A stretch of DNA of 55,280 bases, counting the filler, from Platydemus manokwari (Eukaryota): NCBI GenBank assembly GCA_037951405.1. It is 5 parts of 5 records of this genome, joined end to end, with 100 filler letters (N's around TTAATTAATTAA, not from the genome) between each part and the next. Parts side by side here need not be neighbours in the genome. Positions count along the whole stretch, not along the records: positions 33,461 to 44,295 come from JBBMOY011101887.1; positions 44,396 to 55,280 come from JBBMOY011089965.1; 3 more parts are not named here. One strand, 5' to 3'. Made by a program: the position numbers and the translations under genes. Positions within the stretch are counted from its first letter, which is position 1. Each line of letters begins with the position of its first letter. Below, in pieces: positions 37,332 through 50,400 of the stretch. A model generated the notes under the pieces. That model ran no database searches. It was not told the DNA's origin and worked only from the letters and a program-made list of their open reading frames with translations.

Positions 37332-39984
37332 TAATGATTATGCCGTTCAGACTTACTGTGTGTCACACACAAAATATCATTTATTTGACAATAATTTATA
37401 AAGGCTTGTATTTTTTAATATCAGATTTTGCTGTCTTATTTATTGTTTACATCATTTTTGGGACTAAATAAACAGGCTTTGTATTTTATGGATTTCCTTC
37501 AATTTTATCATTATTATTTAATCCAAATGATTGCGATCATAAAGATATGAACACAATCATTTTAAATGCAATATTAAATTTACAAAGCTTTTGTTAAACT
37601 TAAATATTTTCTTCAGGAATTATTCAACACAATTAATATAATCAAACTCTATTAATTACTGAAAGAATTATTGATGATAGAAAACAAACAAGAATTCGAT
37701 AATCATATTAATAATTGTGTCAAACGAGAACAGAATCGTTGTCATGATAACATGGAAAATACGAAGAAAACAGTCATTTTTGGAAAGGAATTATCAACTT
37801 AAGCCCGACCAATCAGAAATGCTAGGAATAAAATTTCCACTGCATTAGGACAAAGCAAAACAAGAAATTTCTGGACCATAATAAACGAGTAGATATTGAT
37901 TTTGACGAATATTTTAGACAATATATCGATAGTTTTAATAATCTTCATTTATAAAAGAATATGAAAGAGCACATTTGTCAATATTAATTAAGAAGAACTT
38001 CATCTTCCCACAAATATTAATGTTAAATCTGATTTTTTTTAATATTATAAAATGAAATACAATCACGATTTCAACTTTTGACTCGCAAGCTTCATTGATT
38101 CAAGACAAGGAGTCAAATTAAAACGCGATTAAAACTCTTTGAAAATAATAAAGCAAATAAAAATATATAAAGTAAAATATGAAGTGGCAGTAAATGGTAA
38201 ATAGAACACGAAATAAATGACTTAGGTCACCATGACAACTTAACGATGTCATGTCATGAAAAATTACTAGGCAACAAATTACGACAGAAACAAATAACAG
38301 TCAAATCAAACTGCTAACAGTAGTTGTGATCAATGAAGGCTTAGGCAAAAGACTACACAAATTCGAATCGAAATTGAGGAATAATCACAAATTATTGGTT
38401 ACAAAGGAATCGTGCAAAAGCGACTAAGCATCCTATTCACGAGTACAAAATTGAATAACAGATATAGCTTCGTATTCAATTCCTCGAAACCATGTGTAAT
38501 TACCTGATTAAATCAATAAACAGACACAGAATTCAAATTAAATAAGTAATTTAATCATTAAATTCAAATAAAGGAAAAGTAATGAGTGAATTTCTGTTCA
38601 CATTTTAATTTGGTGACTATGCCCTAACAAACTAACAAGAATGTTGTTAAACCAATGCCAACTATCATAAAACCAAGTGTGCTCCCACCTTTTTTTCCTC
38701 CAAAGTTAGGTGGCAGTAGATACCTTCACTAGCTTTTGATTTCTCATTTGGCCATAGGTATGACAGAAGAATATCACATCACACATTGGTAATTATTAAT
38801 ACTATTTGTGCCATTGTAATTTATAATATATTTTTCAGTCCCGCGTTTTTGTGATCATCACATTTATATTTATGTATAGAAGCACACAACATACGATTTA
38901 TTCTCTGCTAAGGGTCAGATATTTGGTGGAATAACTTCAGCCTTTATCACGATTTTAGCTCCAGTACTAATTTATCACTCGAGTTATTATTTAAATCATT
39001 ATTTATAATATTTCAAGATGCGGCATTCTGTCTTTAACATGGTTTTCATTACATAATGGATGCTGCATTATCAATATTGTGGTAAATGTTCTCTCAAATT
39101 AATTTTGTGTCTGTCTTAAAACAATCTAATAAAATTATTTTAGGACTTGATGTTGATTTATGCCACCATATCTTAATCAATATTTTAATCCACTTCAATT
39201 ACAAGTCAAAAAGTGTTCCAATTTTCTCACAATATCTATCAACTGTTACTGCATATCGATTAATATATTTCATGTTTCATCGATTCTAAATATTATTGAT
39301 AATTGCTTAACTGACATCAAATTAATAATCCCAGCATTATTGAGATCATATTTACACGCTGTAGTTGTATTTTGGTTTCAATTCAAGTTATCCATCACAA
39401 TAGTAGGTTTTTATTTTAAATCCTGGAATGAAACATATCAAAAAGAAAATGTGTATGCTCTGACAGATTCTTTATGATAAAAACATTTCATGACATTGAT
39501 CACTTAGTTTCTTTGATATTTTCATTTTTAATAAAACTTTTATCCTCAATGGCCAAATACCCCTAACTGACTCCAACCAGATATTAACATATTTAACTTT
39601 AAAAGGGAATCCAATTAGTTAGTTTTGGGTTTACATTTCTGGAATTAATGCCAGCGATTATCGAATATTTGAAGCTTCATTTGCAATTGGATTATGTTTC
39701 TCATAAATGACAGTCGAATCTCGTTTCAATGCTCGAATTGAATCCCTATACATGGCAATTTGACAAAGGAAATCTCAATACAGCATTGAATGATCAACAT
39801 ATTACTGGATGTCGTTTTAATATAATCATCCCGTTATTAATAATCACATTTTCGCTTATATTAATAATAATTTTTGTTTAAATTACAGTAAATATTTATT
39901 ATTTAATATTTTTATTTTTAAATAATCAATAATAAAAATATGAATCTATACAAACATCTTTAATATTGATTTTTGTATGATTTC

Positions 39985-40082
39985 TTTAATAATAATATCA
40001 ATAATAATAATAAATAAATAATAATAATATTAATAATAATAATAGTAATAATAATAATAATAACAATAATAATAATAATAAA
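39985..40082. repeat. Degenerate (AAT)n microsatellite
   Basis: Interrupted AAT repeats. Confidence 0.85.
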
Positions 40083-40585
40083 TCATACTTATTATTCCAT
40101 AATTAATGTGGAAATCAATACAAGTATATATTTTTCAATAGCCATGATAAATGAAATACTTGTATAGCAATATATGATATAGCATCCGACGATATCAAAA
40201 ACATGAAATTGTAAATGTATTCAAAAATCACCATTTGTTTTTCTCGAGCAATACACACTTTACCGGGTTTAAAATGATTCGAATGTGAGATATTTGTCAT
40301 GTAAAATGAAAAGGAAACACTTAACGAAAATAAAATCCAATTGAAAATTTCAACCCACCAATCGTTTGATGGCAAATATATACTTGTAATATTTCAGTTA
40401 TTCTACAATTGCATGAGCTCATGAATTATGATTTCTGGTTTTGTTTTTCTTCCGTCACAACGTGACTCAGGAAATAATATTTACCAAAATATTTACTCAC
40501 GTTTGGAGATTGGTTTTGGCAATTTAAATTCATGAAACAAAGATGACAGCCGACTGAATTAAATGCGATATTAAATTTTCGCTAG

Positions 40586-40777
40586 CAGATAGTGTGTATA
40601 GTTAGCCATGCAACAGTGTACCAGAGTAATGCCAAAGCTTGCCAAGAATTTCTGCAATATTTCAATCGTGCACAACAGCTAGGACAACAATACTGGAAAC
40701 AGAAGTTTGAAGAAACTGAAAATTTATCCACTAGGTTGGAATCAGGAAAATCGTCTGATGAAATCATGAAGGAATAG
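40586..40777 (+). CDS. Putative terminal exon of an unidentified gene (QIVCIVSHATVYQSNAKACQEFLQYFNRAQQLGQQYWKQKFEE…IMKE*)
   Basis: Tandem TAG/CAG acceptor at 40583-40588; open frame with coding-like composition and helical character; no homology recognised. Confidence 0.4.
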   Translation, partial: QIVCIVSHATVYQSNAKACQEFLQYFNRAQQLGQQYWKQKFEETENLSTRLESGKSSDEIMKE

Positions 40778-43700
40778 GTGGTAAATTTTGTAAAAGAGAA
40801 TGATGGGGCATTAAAGTGACTCAATACATTTAGTTTGTTCGTAGTGTTGTTGTTTTATTTTAGTTTTGGAGGAGGAGACTTATGAATCACATGGTACAAA
40901 CTAAAATTTTCGTAATTTTCTTTACTTATTTCAAATTCGTTTTCAACGCAAACACATGGCTCAGTTTATTGCTGGCTCTGATTATTTCTGCTGTCTCAAT
41001 GTAAGCCATTAAAAAAGCTGAAATTTAAATTAATCCAGTAACTGACAGTGCCATTACAAACCAATTCAACATACAATTCAAATCATCACACAACATTTGT
41101 ATCAATTATTATTTATATTGTTTTATCTTTATTATCAATCGATCATTCACCATAAAGCCATTTCAACAAAGAAAGAAAAAATCAATTTCTAAAACCAAAG
41201 TTTTCATCAATTCAACCAATAATTTAAAACAAAAAAAGAGAATCAGAAAACATTAATAATCGATTAATTCCCGAATTCCCCTATTTCCAGTGTCAATTGT
41301 CGAATTCCTTTCATTAATATTGATAAACAACATATTTACAACCGTATATTGTTTGATGGAATGTTCACAATATCATACAACATGAAATCTCTTTTATTTT
41401 CTTTCCTTATTTCAGCTAGAATCACAAAAACGAAAGATAAATATGAATAAATAGAGATTTCAGACAAATAAATTCCCTTGTTTATTGTATATGGTATTTT
41501 ACTGACTCATTATACACATGAGCAACTTCATATCATTAGATAGACTTGATTAATTTCTACTGATTATTTTGCCCGCAGTCTGTAGAATCTGAAAGTGATT
41601 ATTTATCGTATTAAAGACCATTTATTGACACGTAGATAGTAGACTATTCGAGATTATACCTGAACCAGTAAAACATATTGTAATTTATTGTCTATCTGAG
41701 ATTTAGAATTTTCTATAATTTTATTCTTAATTTTTATTATTATTTGAGTTTTAAATTTGTAAAATTAGTTCTCAAGATATTTTCACACATCAAATAATTC
41801 TGGATGGGTTTATTATTGTATTAATTTAGAATGACAAATCGATCACCAAATACAAGAGGAAATATCGATGCATTTAATTGTTCTTGTCAGAATTTTAAGT
41901 TGTATCAAAATTTTTGACCGTTTAATTTTATACAAAATTATATTTATTTGTTTAAATCATTGGATTTTTACACATTTTCATTGTGATGTTTTTTCAGTTC
42001 GTTTTCGATGCGTGTTTTATAAAATAGTAGGGTCTTACAGTTCCAATTATCTTTCTCTTTGCAATATCTCTATGAAAGGAAAAATTCTTTGACGAGATTT
42101 CCATATTTTCAGGCACGATAATTTTGACAAATATTTTGATATGGAATAGAAACACAATCACAATGGTAGCGCGCTAAATTACGTAGAGAATAATCGCTGT
42201 GACAAAATTATGAGGGTGAGTTATGGATTTCAATCAACAGTTTTAGATCGAAAAGAATAAAATCGGATAATTTGTGAATGGCTTTCTGGAAATTTTGTCG
42301 GAATTCGTTCTTTATTATTCTCTTATCTGGAAAATACATGATGTGAGAATATCAAATCGAATTTAATTTGAATTAATATAGGATTTAATTTATATTGAAT
42401 TAAGTTTAAAATTGAATTTAATGTTGTATTGAATTTGATTTCAAATTGAATTTAATTTTATAAAGAATTTAAATTTTTATTGAACTTAAATTTGGCATTA
42501 CATTTTATTTATTTGTTTAAATAATTGTCTTTAAACAGAATTGAAAGTCGAGTCTTTTCAGTTCGTTTTCGATGCGTTTTTTTTAAAAATAGTTACGGCT
42601 TATACACTATATTTTCAATTTCATAAAAGTTTTTAAACTTACTTGTCGTTTAATTGTTAAAAGAATTTATAAAGGAATTACTTATATTTCAATTTAGGAA
42701 CAAAAATTTGTCCGTGTACGTCATGCACTGAATGATTTCGAAAACATTACAATCCAAATCTTGTGATAATCCCTTAAAAATGAAGAATGATGAAACACAC
42801 ATTTATTAGGAGCCAATCAGAAATCTTAAAATCGATTCGGTACAAACATAAAAAATAAAAATTCAAATATATCAATAAAAAGTGAAACAATGCAGTTACC
42901 AATCGAAAACGTTGAGTTAAGATCTTAAATAAAACAATCAAATAAAAATTGATATTGCCAAAGCAACTCAATAAATTGATTTTTGAGATGTAACATGAAC
43001 TGACTCCATTCAGAATTTGCTAGCCTTTTTAATCGATAATTTATTTAATTAATTTACTGTTTTATCTTTTAAATTCTGTATCGATTCATTATTGTGATTG
43101 GAGTTCGATGTTTTTGTGGGTTTTTATTTGACTGAAAATCAGTGTAAGAATCAATAAAATATTGTAAATTTCTTACATATTATTTTTTATCACTCTTTAT
43201 AGGAGATCTATTGAAACAAAATGTGATAATAAATTCGAAATTCTAGAATTATACTCAATCTTAATAAATATCATTAGCCATGTATTGATTATTGGGGACA
43301 TTCAAATCTCTGTTATCCATAACGAATAATATTTTAACTTTTATATATTCGAAGGTCATTCATAACTAAATATTTTAAATTTATCTTTTTAATAAAATAT
43401 ACATCTAAAAGAATTTCCTTTAATGATCAGAAGAGAATCCCCTCCATCACTGCTATGGGAGAATGTCTAAAACCCATCGAATACATTAAATCAATTCTTA
43501 TAATAATGAAATCAACCACTTAGAACCTCATAATATGTTCATTGTGATGAATAATCTTCAGAACCAACGATTACAAAAGTAATTTGGCAGATACGGTTGT
43601 CAAGATAACAGCAACGCGCCGTAACTATAATCGAGATATACTAATAAAAACGAAGTGCAAGTCAACGTCTAACAACAATGATATAAAATTAATCATTCTC

Positions 43701-44295
43701 ATATTTGCAATATAAATGATATTGATTAAAAATTTTATTCTCACAACTAATTAAGGTGCAACACTTAAAGTTATGATTAATTTTTAATGCATCACAATCA
43801 AAATCGTAATCTCAACGGTTTACTGTACGGCAATCAATTCATCGTAACGTTACTTGCAGAGCACTCGCATAAGATTTAATTGGTATTGATTGATCCTTAA
43901 CGATTAATATATGAGAAACACATAATAGTTTGTTTTATTTTATTGTCGTTATAAATGAAAATTGAACTGCACCGGTGTTTATTTTCACGATATTCGTAAT
44001 TCATCGTGGATTATTGACATAATTTATTGCAAAATCAGTTCAGAAGAAAATCGTCGGAACATTTAAATGTCCAGTTTAATTAGTTTTGCTGTCGAATAAA
44101 TATTCATACAGGAACTGGTCAATTTAAGCTGCAAAAATAGAATCGTAAAGACATATTTTCTAAAAGTATGTCCAAGCTTATCGCGCAATCAGTGATAATA
44201 ATAATGATAATGATAATAGTAGTTTATCTTAGTCTATCGTAATTAGTGTTCTAAAGATGATTAAGTATCTTTCGAACAGATACAGTTAAATATTT

Positions 44296-44395
44296 NNNNN
44301 NNNNNNNNNNNNNNNNNNNNNNNNNNNNNNNNNNNNNNNTTAATTAATTAANNNNNNNNNNNNNNNNNNNNNNNNNNNNNNNNNNNNNNNNNNNN
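44296..44395. other. Artificial contig spacer
   Basis: 44 N + TTAATTAATTAA + 44 N. Confidence 0.97.
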
Positions 44396-44428
44396 TTATA
44401 ACAATTTGTGTTAATAAAATACCTGCAT

Positions 44429-44489
44429 AAAAACATGAATAACTTTTGACTCAACCTGGTATATATATATATGTGTGTGTGTGTGTGTG
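44429..44489 (-). mobile_element. Mariner-like TIR at contig start, abutting a (TA)n(TG)n microsatellite
   Basis: AAAAACATGAATAACTTTTGACTCAACCTGGTA is the reverse complement of the 23933-23966 TIR with 3 mismatches. Confidence 0.7.
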
Positions 44490-46134
44490 GAAATTTAATA
44501 TCGTATCATTCATTGGTATTAAATTATTAATAGCATCGGGAATCGTCTAAGATTTTTCGTAAATTCGGCGAGAATATATTTGAATGATATGTTGCTGTAT
44601 TGAGTCCACGGCATTCTTGTAAATGTGATTCACTTAACATTAAATTAAATTTTATGTAACAATACTCAATAATAATCAATATATAATACGTTGATAACAT
44701 TCAGTCCACCGGTTTGTTTTGTTTTTATAAGGGAGATGTGAGAATATATATATTATTAATGATGGTTTTAAGCGTTTATTAGCAATTTTTAAGTGGTTCT
44801 AACAAGCAATATCGATATAAAAACAAAGTCATCTTCAAGAGATGTTTTCTGTTAGTCATTACTAGTAATCCATTGTGATTAGAAAAGGATTTTATTTTTA
44901 GTTTCCGTTTCATAATCTACAATTTTAATCTTCATGAATCATCAAATATTTTATTTGTGCGATATTGAAGAAAAACAGAAAGATAGTTATCCAGTAAAAA
45001 CGAATATTATCTGACTAGAACTCCGAATTAGCTAATATTTCAAGATCCCAGAAATAATTTATAGATATACTTTTCTTAAACTATACGTATCGATTATTAT
45101 TTTTTATAATTCATCATAATATTTGATGTCTTCATTTTCAAAGAGAAAGAAACTTGTTTCATAGAAAGTATTTATTTTTTCCGTTAAAGTTGTCTCAAAT
45201 AAATTCTATTTTTCATTTTTATTTTAGTAAAATGAATAATAGGTCGTGGATATCAGCTGGTGGAATGACCTTTGCTTATTCGTCCAGTACAATTGTACTA
45301 TTACACACAGCTATCCATTAATATTGTCAAATCAAATTAAATTGTCAAATCAACAGGAAATTAAAATCGACACTAAACAATTAACTTATTACAACTGCTT
45401 GTTTAATTAATTTTGTTTTCATAAATTAGAATAACATTGAAATGCCAACAGACTGTTATTCTGGCAATATTGATTTATAATGGAAATAAATAAACAAATT
45501 TTCTCTCCTAAAAATTCCAAGAATGTCAGAAAATTGTAAAGACAGCTTAGAATTTAAATTTATCCTCATCAAATATATTGTTTAATCCGACTTTAATGTT
45601 GAGATGTCAAAATAAATCTAATTCTGTTAAGCTCATTTTTCAAACATATCTGGTCATAAGAAAATGAATTTACATAATTACTTTTTTCAAATACGTTGAA
45701 ATTATCAACTCCAATGTCAATCGATGTTGCTAAGAACTGATAATAATTAGTCATTCGATGATTGTTTTTTGACATTTAATTGTAGGGATTGTCAGTGTGC
45801 ATATAAACTGATTGTGTGTTAACTTTTATGTGTGCATGCAAATTCGTTACAGACACACATGATTATTGATTAAGTGCACTGAATCAAATATTAATCACCA
45901 ATGGATTTAATTGTTAAAATTTTCATCGCTTTTTAAATGAAGTTCATAATTTTCAAAATAACTAACCAATGAGTTTATTTCTCATGAACAGATAGATGAC
46001 CACCAGATAAAAATAAAATGTCAACATAATTTTATTAAAGTTAATTCCACTTATCCAAACAAAGTTAATATGATAAAAATGTTTTTCGAACAAAACTTAA
46101 TAGTATCGAAAAAATATAAAATAATCAAGACACA

Positions 46135-47415
46135 TTAACCGAAAACATAATGTGCAATTCTATGGGATTTGAGCCAATGCATGAGTTGTATGAAATGATA
46201 GCTCATATCATCCATAACATATTCGCGTTCTATTAAAGCTGCAATTTCTTCACAACAAAAGAATTCTTTACTCACACAAGAAACCATTGTTTGATAACTT
46301 CTCAAATCTCGGTAGACACTGCTTTCATGAGACTTGATTAATTTATTAATATTTGCAATGGCTAATAAAAACTGACCTCGATTGTAATCAAAATACAACT
46401 CCATCAATGTTTCATTGATTTTATGAGTAGCTTCTGGGGATAAGGCTGCTAAATTGCGACGAAAAATTACTTTACATTGAAATGCTCTTTCAATTTTCAC
46501 GAAACGTGGATCGATTTTCTGTTTATTGATACCAGGAATTAACTCGTCACTGATCCATGAAGAATAGTAGAGAACTTTCGGTGTGTCTCGCATGATATCT
46601 TTCAAACTTCGAGCATGCGGTGATGGAAATCGATAGTAATTCCAAATCAAATCTTTCGACACATCTCGCATCTCTTGGAATGGGACAGCATTATCGTTGA
46701 TCTCTAAGTTGATTAATTTGAAGAGATTTTGCAGCAGTTGTTTCGACAATCTGGAATTATATTCTTGAATCGATGGTAGAGCCAATAATCTAACGATGTT
46801 ATAAGCTTCAACCTTGATTATTGTTAAAATAATGTGCGATTGAGAAGTATAGAAAATACAAAGATCATTTGCTAAATTGACCAAGTTATCCCTTACGGCT
46901 ACTGCAATATCTTCCCATTGTGTTCCTTCTCCACATAAATCATCAACATAAAGCCGTTTTTCCAACCACGGACAAGGCGGATCAAAAAGTGGTCGATGGA
47001 TTTTTGGAATTAAATCGAAAGCTTTCAAAAACGAATTTTCTTTAGAACGGCCCTTTTTAATTTTTTTCGGTGGTGGACTCTTAACTTTATGGATCTTTTT
47101 CCCGCTTAATTTCACTATTTTCGACTTGTAATAAGAAGCAATCTTTTTACCGTAGGTGATCTGTCTAAAGGTATATAATTGATAAGCTTCATCGTTGTTG
47201 AATATAATATCTACTGCGGTGGTTCCGGTGAAATTACTGTTTCGATCTAAAGCTGCCGAAAGGACCGTTTTGTTTTGAAGACATTTTTTGAAAATATAAT
47301 TCGCCTCGATTTTATAGTATTGCATTTCATCTTTTATTTCAATAATGGATATCGAATTGTTAGGGTATTTATTTTCGAATGTTGAATTTTTCAAAAATGG
47401 TGGAGCGGGAAACAT
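46135..47415 (-). CDS. Intronless 426-aa protein of unknown function
   Basis: A 1281-nt ATG-to-TAA ORF in very AT-rich DNA is unlikely to be chance. It has a basic NLS-like stretch KSPPPKKIKKGR and an AATAAA about 100 nt downstream on the minus strand. No family recognised. Confidence 0.75.
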   Translation of the reverse strand: MFPAPPFLKNSTFENKYPNNSISIIEIKDEMQYYKIEANYIFKKCLQNKTVLSAALDRNSNFTGTTAVDIIFNNDEAYQLYTFRQITYGKKIASYYKSKIVKLSGKKIHKVKSPPPKKIKKGRSKENSFLKAFDLIPKIHRPLFDPPCPWLEKRLYVDDLCGEGTQWEDIAVAVRDNLVNLANDLCIFYTSQSHIILTIIKVEAYNIVRLLALPSIQEYNSRLSKQLLQNLFKLINLEINDNAVPFQEMRDVSKDLIWNYYRFPSPHARSLKDIMRDTPKVLYYSSWISDELIPGINKQKIDPRFVKIERAFQCKVIFRRNLAALSPEATHKINETLMELYFDYNRGQFLLAIANINKLIKSHESSVYRDLRSYQTMVSCVSKEFFCCEEIAALIEREYVMDDMSYHFIQLMHWLKSHRIAHYVFG

Positions 47416-50400
47416 ACTTATTAATAATTAATTTATATTGATTTGATTTAGAAATCAATTTTAATTTATCTCATTTAATTACAAGTATGAAAGCTTAAAT
47501 ATTTATTTCTTTTGTCGGAAGATTGAAAATATTTTTTTATATTTTACCGGGCTTTAATAATTAAATTTTAACATTATCCAACTCTCAATCAATACAATAT
47601 ATATTTTTATTCATATATATTTTTAATGATACGATCGAAATATGAGTATGTTAGTAATATATTTTGCCTTCTACTTAGTCATTATAATGCAATATTATTA
47701 TTATTTGTATCTTAAAGAATATGCTAATAGCGAAGCAAAAATTAACACAGTCAGTACTAATTATTCCAATTGGAAGACTGGTTTTTGTTTGGATTAGGAT
47801 CTGTATGCAAAATTCCCACTTTACATTTATAAATTCTCACGTATAATAATTTCCTTCCCATGATACTTCAGAGCTTATAATAGCTATATATCACTTGGAG
47901 AATACAATTCTCACCTGAAATTAGAAAAATAATTTAAAAATTAATAATATAAACAATAAAAATTTACATTCCAAAATTAATTAATTGCAGAAATGCCAAC
48001 TTTTTATTTAAAATTACGAATATTCGATCAAATTAAATCACCTTCAATTAAACTTATATTAAAATGCTGTCGACATAAGCTCGGCAGTGGCTCGAAAAAG
48101 AAACAGAAATTTTTAAATTATTAAATTATTTATACTGATAAAGCTAAATTATGAAAATTTTAATTTATGAACCAAAAAAATTAAAATTGATTACTGAAAC
48201 TTGCAGGAATTCAGGACTATAAAAATGGTATAAATAGTGAAGAAATTCAGCCAAAAATTGCAAATCTCTCTTCTTTAGAAATAAAGTAAACCGAATAAAA
48301 GATAGCCGTGAATTATTACAGAATTAATAATTTGTGAAACATGTTGGAATCATTTGTATTGGTATTAATAAACCCATTGATAAAATCGTTATTTATAAGT
48401 GTGTGTGAAGAGCCTATGACTGTAATCAAGATTAAACAAATGATAATAGACGTATAATAAATGTACCATTCTAATAATTAAAGTATGAATTAATTGCAAA
48501 ATATGTGTAAATATTAATGAAAATAATTAAAAAATTCCACTAAAGAAATGTAAAAAAATGTTTGTTGATAAATTAAATAAATTCTAATAGAAATGTTTGT
48601 CTCAATTTAGTAAAATTGATGACATTTTTGGCAGTTGTCATTTAAAATCAAAATTGATTTGGTTACTGCACAGTGGTGTAAGTAAACTTATGTAAATACC
48701 AAGGCAATGGGAAGGAAATTGTCATTACTTGAATTTTCGTAGCAAAAAGCGCGAAGACTGAGAAGAAGATCAGTTGAAGCTAAGACAGAGTTCCAAAACG
48801 TTAAAGAAATACTTTTGATGTGAAATAATTTTACTCCAGACTATCAAAGAGTATAAAGAGTCAGAAACGCGGTGATAATTATTTATTTTATGATATAGTA
48901 AAAGCAATATTGTTTTCATGTTCCAAGAGTTGTAAACATATAAAGTTATATAATATCATAAAAGAATTTACAACGGTAGATGTACGTCTATTAGTAGTCC
49001 TTCGTCCAGTCACGTAGAATCGTACGAGGACCAGATCCTTTTTATGTTGATAACTGAACTTATATTAAGGAATTGGCCCTTGCTTGTGTACCAATCTCAT
49101 AAAGTTGTAAGACTGTTATAAAAATGTTCTTTTATGAAGCATATCTGATAACTTATTTTTAGTCGGACAACTAAAGGAGAAAATGCGTTCAACACTAAGT
49201 ATACCCAACACACATTAATGTAGAGAGTAGAGAAAAAATCATGCAGAATTAAAACAAGTTTGCAGCTTATAACTCTCATTTTAACACATTAAGCATTTAC
49301 ATGCTTATATAAATATGAAGGGTTAGCAATCAATCAATTTCAGCTGACTTAAATGGAAAATTCGAATTCGCAAAATAGGCATAGCCACACAATAACACAC
49401 ACAGAGATTGACCAATCCAGAATACACAAAACAACAAATCCAATAGAAACCTGAGAAATAAAAGATCAAGTCAAAACATTATACAAAAACTGCACACAAA
49501 TCTCAAGTATAAATACTGATGCAAATATGATCAACTGTCGTTGGAAGTCAAGTTTCATGTATTGTTTATTGTGGTTTATGTACTATATTGGAGAATTTTA
49601 GAGTCATTTTGGGTGTGTACTGAACATTGCGTTTTGTGAAATAGAGATTGCAACTTTCCATTTATTTGAACAACAACATATATGTATAGGTAAAAATATG
49701 AAATGATAAAAACAAGATGGAGTATTGCTCTTTAAAACAATTGAATTACTTATGCTACTTAGACAAAAATTTTAAGAATATAAAAAACGTCTATACTATT
49801 TGTAATCAGTATTGATTAAGGAATTAACAATTTCCAGTCAATTATCATTTCGTAATTTATTTTATAATTCATTTTAACATTTATGTGTCAAATCAAATAA
49901 TAATTTCTCCAAACTTTATCGCACACACAAATACAAATCAATAAGTTTTCAAATTCAACGAACCATTTGAATTATCCCGAAAATGGTTCTCATTGTAATC
50001 ACTGGCATAATTAAAGGACATTTTTTCCATTAATATATTAATTGTTTATAATTAATTAGTTTTTTTTCAATAACTAATTCATTTTATTTTAGTCGTTTAT
50101 CTATATGTTTACATTGCTTGAATTTCGGTGCAGTCTTGTGCCGACGAAATTATATTATTGTGATGAATTAGAAAGTTAAAATTGTTCATTGAATTTGTTT
50201 GTAAAAATTTAACATAAACTGGTTTTATTATTCATCATTTTTGAAATATCATATCTGCTACAAGTCTGAATGATAAATAACAAAAATTAGATCAATTAAA
50301 AATTTATTTATTTCACCTATTCCAACCGAAGAACGACATCTGTATTTGATTATATTTCATTTTAATTTAACTTTATCGAAGTTTTAATTTCTTACGTACC

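Noticed and set aside
46930-46960. YVDD motif in the 426-aa ORF as a reverse-transcriptase active site
   Set aside because: No other RT motifs (upstream Asp motif, PFG/PQG motif) in the right spacing, and no protease, RNase H, integrase or LTR context.
47740-48330. NUMT or alternative genetic code, because several in-frame stops are TGA
   Set aside because: TAA/TAG stops and frameshifts also occur, there is no resemblance to mitochondrial genes, and the other genes here read normally with the standard code.
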